From the IMG/VR virus record IMGVR_UViG_3300027898_000002, positions 1-64,000 of that record: a stretch of 64,000 bases of DNA; one strand, 5' to 3'. Shown here piece by piece: positions 60,238 through 64,000 of the stretch. Position 1 is the first letter of the stretch; each line of letters starts with the position of its first letter. The notes below the pieces were generated by a model. It searched no databases. It was not told where the DNA came from and was given only the letters and a program-made list of their open reading frames with translations. Source of the DNA: a virus. A program made the position numbers and the translations under genes.

Positions 60238-61305
60238 TTGCAAATCGGCCTGATCACAGTCGACGGGATGACCGTTGGCGCGATAGAAATGAACCTGTCG
60301 GACGATACGGCTTTCATCCCGGATGTCCAAGGCTATACACCGTTGGGGAGGGCAGAGGGTGGTCTTGGCGGATCGGGCGGGGGATCGGGCGCCCCAGCCG
60401 GCCAAGGCCACCACGGCCACGGAGGCCGCGGCCACGGGGCGGGCACCCCGACAGGCCGTGATTACGGTAGTGGTAATGGGGTAGGGAGGCCGTTTGCCCA
60501 GGGATCGGCGGCCACTGACGCGGCTATTGCACGTGCCGCTAAAGAGGCAGGTGTCAATCCTGACACAATGCGCGGAATAGCGTCGATCGAAAGCGGGATG
60601 AATCCATCTAGTAATGCCAATCGATCGACACAGTACAAAGGTCTTTACCAAATCGGACATGATGAATGGCGACGATTTGGGCAAGGCAACATCTATTCGG
60701 CCGAAGACAACGCCATGGCAACGGCGCGTATGTTCAAAGAAAACAAGCGCCAATTTAATCAGCGCTACGGCCGTGATCCTACCGACACGGAACTGTACTT
60801 GATGCATCAACAAGGTTTGGGTTTCTACACCCGAGGTGCCATGACGAATATCGGTGGCAACCCGTATCCAGGCATGCACGGGCCACAGACACACGAATCT
60901 TTTGAAGCAGGCTGGGGCAGAGAGCTCGCTCGCCGCAAGGCAGGATTTGCAGTCGGGCATCTAGCGGCACCGAAGCCGATTGCGAAGTCGACGGCGGACA
61001 TGGTGCCCGACGAATTGTTTGTTGGTGAGAACAAGGCGCTGTCGCAACCTCCGGCGGCTAGCAGTGATGAAACACCTGATTGGGCCAAGAAAGAGAATCT
61101 CGGTGATTGGGCTAACATGCGGCGTAGTCCAGACGTGATCGATCGTCGCACCGACGACAAGACTCTGGCAAACAAGAAGCCACTTGATCTTATGGTTGCA
61201 AAAAGCAGGGGAAGAGAAGAGACGGCTGCCAGAGATAAAAAAGAGAATCATGACAAAAATCAACTTAGTATTGATCTTGGTTTAGGAAGTCTGAAAAAGG
61301 ACTGA
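60238..61305 (+). CDS. tail-associated lytic transglycosylase (SLT domain) with Gly/His-rich N-region
   Basis: Start uncertain (TTG 60238 or ATG 60268). AAKEAGVNPDTMRGIASIESGMNP...YKGLYQIG is the SLT E-S / GLMQ-like motif. Confidence 0.75.
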   Translation: MQIGLITVDGMTVGAIEMNLSDDTAFIPDVQGYTPLGRAEGGLGGSGGGSGAPAGQGHHGHGGRGHGAGTPTGRDYGSGNGVGRPFAQGSAATDAAIARAAKEAGVNPDTMRGIASIESGMNPSSNANRSTQYKGLYQIGHDEWRRFGQGNIYSAEDNAMATARMFKENKRQFNQRYGRDPTDTELYLMHQQGLGFYTRGAMTNIGGNPYPGMHGPQTHESFEAGWGRELARRKAGFAVGHLAAPKPIAKSTADMVPDELFVGENKALSQPPAASSDETPDWAKKENLGDWANMRRSPDVIDRRTDDKTLANKKPLDLMVAKSRGREETAARDKKENHDKNQLSIDLGLGSLKKD

Positions 61306-61312
61306 CGGAGAA

Positions 61313-61780
61313 ATGGCTCCACGTACACTACAGGAAGGTGCCTTGTTTTTTACGGCGCTGAGTTTGGCAATACCGAACGCGTCGGAACGGGCGTTGATAC
61401 GCTCAGCCAAGCTTGTGCGCGACGAGGCAAAGCGCGTCCTGGGAACCTATGATTACGATTGGGTTCGACTGAAGCCGGCGACGATCGCCCAGAAGGCCAC
61501 GGGTGATAGTCCGTTGTTGGAAACAGGCGGATTGCGGGCATCCATCAAGTACAACGTCGACAAGGCGAATGGCATCGCCAATGTAGGATCGAACGACCCG
61601 AAAGCACTATGGCAGGAGCTAGGTACATCGCGTATCCCGCCAAGGAGCTTCCTTATGGGGGCGGCGATGCGTATGGAAGAGAAAGTCCACGATACGTGCG
61701 GCAAGGATGTTTTTGCCTGGGCGCTGCTGGGCAAAGGTCCCGATGGTGAAGATGACTGGTCTTATGATGGTGAGGACTAA
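61313..61780 (+). CDS. HK97 gp10-like tail/neck component candidate
   Basis: 155 aa. SAKLVRDEAKRVLG...TGGLRASIKY...VGSNDPKALWQELGT pattern. Confidence 0.5.
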   Translation: MAPRTLQEGALFFTALSLAIPNASERALIRSAKLVRDEAKRVLGTYDYDWVRLKPATIAQKATGDSPLLETGGLRASIKYNVDKANGIANVGSNDPKALWQELGTSRIPPRSFLMGAAMRMEEKVHDTCGKDVFAWALLGKGPDGEDDWSYDGED

Positions 61781-63654
61781 TGGCCACAGTTTATGAAATG
61801 ATGATGTCGATAGGCCTCGATAACAAGGCTTCGTCTGGCTTGGCCACGATCGGCAAGGAGCTGCTCAACATCTCAGCCGTTGCAAGCACTATAGCGCAGA
61901 GTTTTGGTGGCTGGGGCGTTGCTCTTGGCGCCGTAGGTTCCGTTTTGGCTGCTGGTGCTATCGTCAAAGGTTTGGAAGATATTGGCAAGGCAGGTGTTGG
62001 CGTCAACAAGCAACTGGAGCTTATGAAGGGCGCTGGCATGAGCGTCAGCGAGATACAAGGTGCCCAGGCAGCGGCCATGTTGACGAGTCAGAATGTGTTG
62101 ACGACGACATATTCCGAGAACCTAAAACACATAAACGAACTCCGTATGGCGTTTGGTGATTCAACAACCGCGATTCAACATCTCGATGAGATATCAAAAG
62201 CCAACACGATATTGAATGCGATGAAGAACGGCTCTGGCGGGCACGATCAAGTCTGGGAGCTGGTCAAGTCGCTCGAACAAAAAGGTCTGACATACGATAA
62301 CGACGAGTTTAATTCGTACGTCAACACCATGATGAAAGCCGTGGAAGCGTCGGGCGGCCGTGTTACGCCGTCGCAGTTTATGCAAACGTTCAAATACGGC
62401 CGTACATCGATGCTCGGTTGGGACGAAGATTTCGTCGGTGGTGCGTTGCCACGACTCATTCAATCCATGTCGACCGGCGGCGGGGGCAGTGGCGGCGCCG
62501 GTGGCCCGGGCACGTCCCTGATGTCCGCCTATCGCGCGATCGTATCCAATCGCATGAGCAAGACATCGCGTTCCGAATTCGAAGACATGGGTCTCATGGA
62601 CGATAAAGGCGTCAAGGGCAGCGAGCAGTTTATGAAGAACCCTTATGAATGGGTTCAGCAAACCCTGATGCCGGCGCTGGCAGCAAAAGGGATTACGAGT
62701 CAAGAATCTATCATTGCTGAAATCGGCAAGATGTTCGAGAAAGGTACGGCGTCTTCGATAATGACCGAAATGGGATTACAGGGGCGATTCCACGAAGGCG
62801 CCAACAGTCCATTCGAAAAAGACATCCGCCTGAACAAGGGCGCGATGGGCATGCCGTTCTACGACGATTTGATGCAGCATGATTACGGAACGATTATGGC
62901 TTCGTTCAACGCACAGTTCAAATCACTGCTGGAGACTCTCGGTGGTCGTATGATGGACCCGAACGGACCTGTCATCGCCGGTATGGCCAAGATGGCCGCT
63001 GTGATGGGGCAGATAACCAAATACGCGGAAGATCACCCGGCCGCCGTGGATAACATCCTGATAGGCATGGCCGGGATCGCCGGCGCCTTTGCTGTCCTGG
63101 GCACGGCCGCTGTGTTGGTCGGAGCCGCCGCTCTCCTGCCCGGAGGGGCGGTTACGGTCGCGGCCACGACACTGGCAGCCATCATGACAAGCTTTGGTGG
63201 GATATCAGCCGCCAATAGAGGGCTCGATGGTCTGATCACGAATTTCAACAAAGGCGTTGATTTTCTTGTTAACGGCTTAAACGAGGGTGTCACTCGACTG
63301 CTCGCCGCTCTCAATCCGGTCATGACCGCCATAAGTCAATTTATCGACTGGATTGGTGGTATAATCGGGTCGATAGGAAAATTCATGGACCTTAGCCGGT
63401 TCCTGGAACACAAGACGAACTTCGAAGGCAGTGGACCTTCCGGCGGTGGAAGCATCATCCCGGCCAATTTTACACCCGGTGAAAAGAAACAAGTCCTGCA
63501 ACCGATACAAATGACGCTGAACATAGACGGCCGAACGCTTGCCCAGGCAGTCAGCGACATTCTCGAGGATTTGTATACACACCCGACCGGAGCGCCGTCT
63601 CCAAACGGGTGGAGCAGCTTCCACTCTGTTGACGGCAACATGATGGGAACATGA
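61780..63654 (+). CDS. tail tape measure protein
   Basis: 624 aa. Helical, Gly-rich linker GGGGSGGAGGPG, hydrophobic segments AGIAGAFAVLGTAAVLVGAAALL. Position fits. Confidence 0.8.
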   Translation: MATVYEMMMSIGLDNKASSGLATIGKELLNISAVASTIAQSFGGWGVALGAVGSVLAAGAIVKGLEDIGKAGVGVNKQLELMKGAGMSVSEIQGAQAAAMLTSQNVLTTTYSENLKHINELRMAFGDSTTAIQHLDEISKANTILNAMKNGSGGHDQVWELVKSLEQKGLTYDNDEFNSYVNTMMKAVEASGGRVTPSQFMQTFKYGRTSMLGWDEDFVGGALPRLIQSMSTGGGGSGGAGGPGTSLMSAYRAIVSNRMSKTSRSEFEDMGLMDDKGVKGSEQFMKNPYEWVQQTLMPALAAKGITSQESIIAEIGKMFEKGTASSIMTEMGLQGRFHEGANSPFEKDIRLNKGAMGMPFYDDLMQHDYGTIMASFNAQFKSLLETLGGRMMDPNGPVIAGMAKMAAVMGQITKYAEDHPAAVDNILIGMAGIAGAFAVLGTAAVLVGAAALLPGGAVTVAATTLAAIMTSFGGISAANRGLDGLITNFNKGVDFLVNGLNEGVTRLLAALNPVMTAISQFIDWIGGIIGSIGKFMDLSRFLEHKTNFEGSGPSGGGSIIPANFTPGEKKQVLQPIQMTLNIDGRTLAQAVSDILEDLYTHPTGAPSPNGWSSFHSVDGNMMGT

Positions 63655-63655
63655 A

Positions 63656-64000
63656 GTGTCCGACACCCTTACGCTAGCCGGTATAGCATTCGACGACTTT
63701 TCCGCCCCCGCAGAAATGATGGGAGGCGGAAAACAGCAAATGGTCATTCACAAGCTACCGGGCGGAAGCCGGGTTATCGATACGCTTGGCCCGGACGAGG
63801 CGAATGTGGTGTGGTCGGGATTCTTTTTTGGCAACAACGCCTATTCCACAGCGTTGGCGCTCGACGGAATCCGCGCAGCCGGTCAGGTTGTGCCGCTAGT
63901 CTGGGGCGGGCAATTCCGGTCTGTCATCGTCGAGAACTTTATTTACAAGGTCCGCAAGTTCCCGATGTGGGTGAACTACGAAATATCGTGTGTCGTGTAT
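63656..64000 (+). CDS. 5' part of an ORF running off the right edge; Mu gp43 (N, DNA-circulation)-like tail protein
   Basis: GTG 63656, 2 nt after the tape measure stop, open to the window end. FDDFSAP...GGGKQQMVIHKLPGGSRVIDTLGPDEANVVWSGFFFG resembles the Mu N N-terminal pattern. Confidence 0.5.
   Translation, partial: MSDTLTLAGIAFDDFSAPAEMMGGGKQQMVIHKLPGGSRVIDTLGPDEANVVWSGFFFGNNAYSTALALDGIRAAGQVVPLVWGGQFRSVIVENFIYKVRKFPMWVNYEISCVVY

Noticed and set aside
60058-60960. 300-aa - strand ORF (and similar long antisense ORFs at 30158-30892, 40645-41388, 44044-44781, 47774-48421, 48693-49367, 54240-55097, 55672-56298, 58638-59270)
   Set aside because: All lie antisense to well-supported + strand structural or replication genes in a strictly unidirectional operon. 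The translations are Arg/Gly/Val-rich, as expected for shadow frames.
1-64000. Lysogeny module (integrase, CI-like repressor, att site) and phage RNA polymerase
   Set aside because: I looked for tyrosine/serine recombinase, HTH-peptidase repressor and single-subunit RNAP signatures among all track ORFs and found none. Absence applies only to this window.

Overview
The window reads as most of the genome of a contractile-tailed dsDNA phage, moderately GC-rich by eye. I found no rRNA, tRNA, CRISPR array, integrase, repressor or RNA polymerase gene.

Layout:
- 1-5033 (+): end of a Mu-like baseplate/fibre module (wedge-slot ORF cut by the window edge, gp48-like, tailspike-like fibre, membrane protein), closed by a rho-independent terminator.
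- 5034-5781: 750-bp non-coding convergent junction with a G-tract, GC palindromes and a 9-unit tandem repeat array.
- 5782-23546 (-): leftward replication, nucleotide and early block. It holds a family A DNA polymerase, a beta-clamp-like protein, a dispersed 7-deazaguanine DNA-modification set (QueE, DpdA, FolE, QueD, QueC-like), two reading-frame-interrupted genes, an H1-like Lys/Ala-repeat protein, a GcrA-like regulator and many small ORFs.
- 23965-34271 (+): rightward block with VRR-NUC, a Cas4/RecB-like exonuclease, a candidate SSB with an EDIPF tip, ThyX and a prim-pol/helicase.
- 34364-35042: a divergent basic protein gene plus a repeat-rich control region.
- 35043-64000 (+): late operon led by a NusG paralog and a cold-shock-domain protein. 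It continues with terminase, a lysis/immunity-like cassette, a TPR-glycosyltransferase, portal, MuF-like protein, scaffold, decoration and capsid. The tail genes follow: connector proteins, a 1006-aa repeat protein, sheath, tube, chaperone with -1 frameshift, SLT lysin, tape measure, and a Mu N-like ORF cut by the right edge.

Baseplate genes at the left edge and the Mu N-like ORF at the right edge imply the module continues outside the window (permuted or larger genome). The GcrA-like gene and several families recalled from memory suggest an alphaproteobacterial host; this is inference.

Most unusual signals:
1. Five co-oriented arrays (at least 30 units) of a 36-37 bp bipartite repeat that box in individual early genes.
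2. A conserved AACCCCACAGGAG leader at 11 early/middle gene starts on both strands, plus two orphan copies.
3. A QueC-like enzyme lacking its four zinc cysteines inside the deazaguanine cluster.
4. A virion protein with about 22 tandem 18-residue repeats.

All family assignments come from motif recognition by eye, not from searches.
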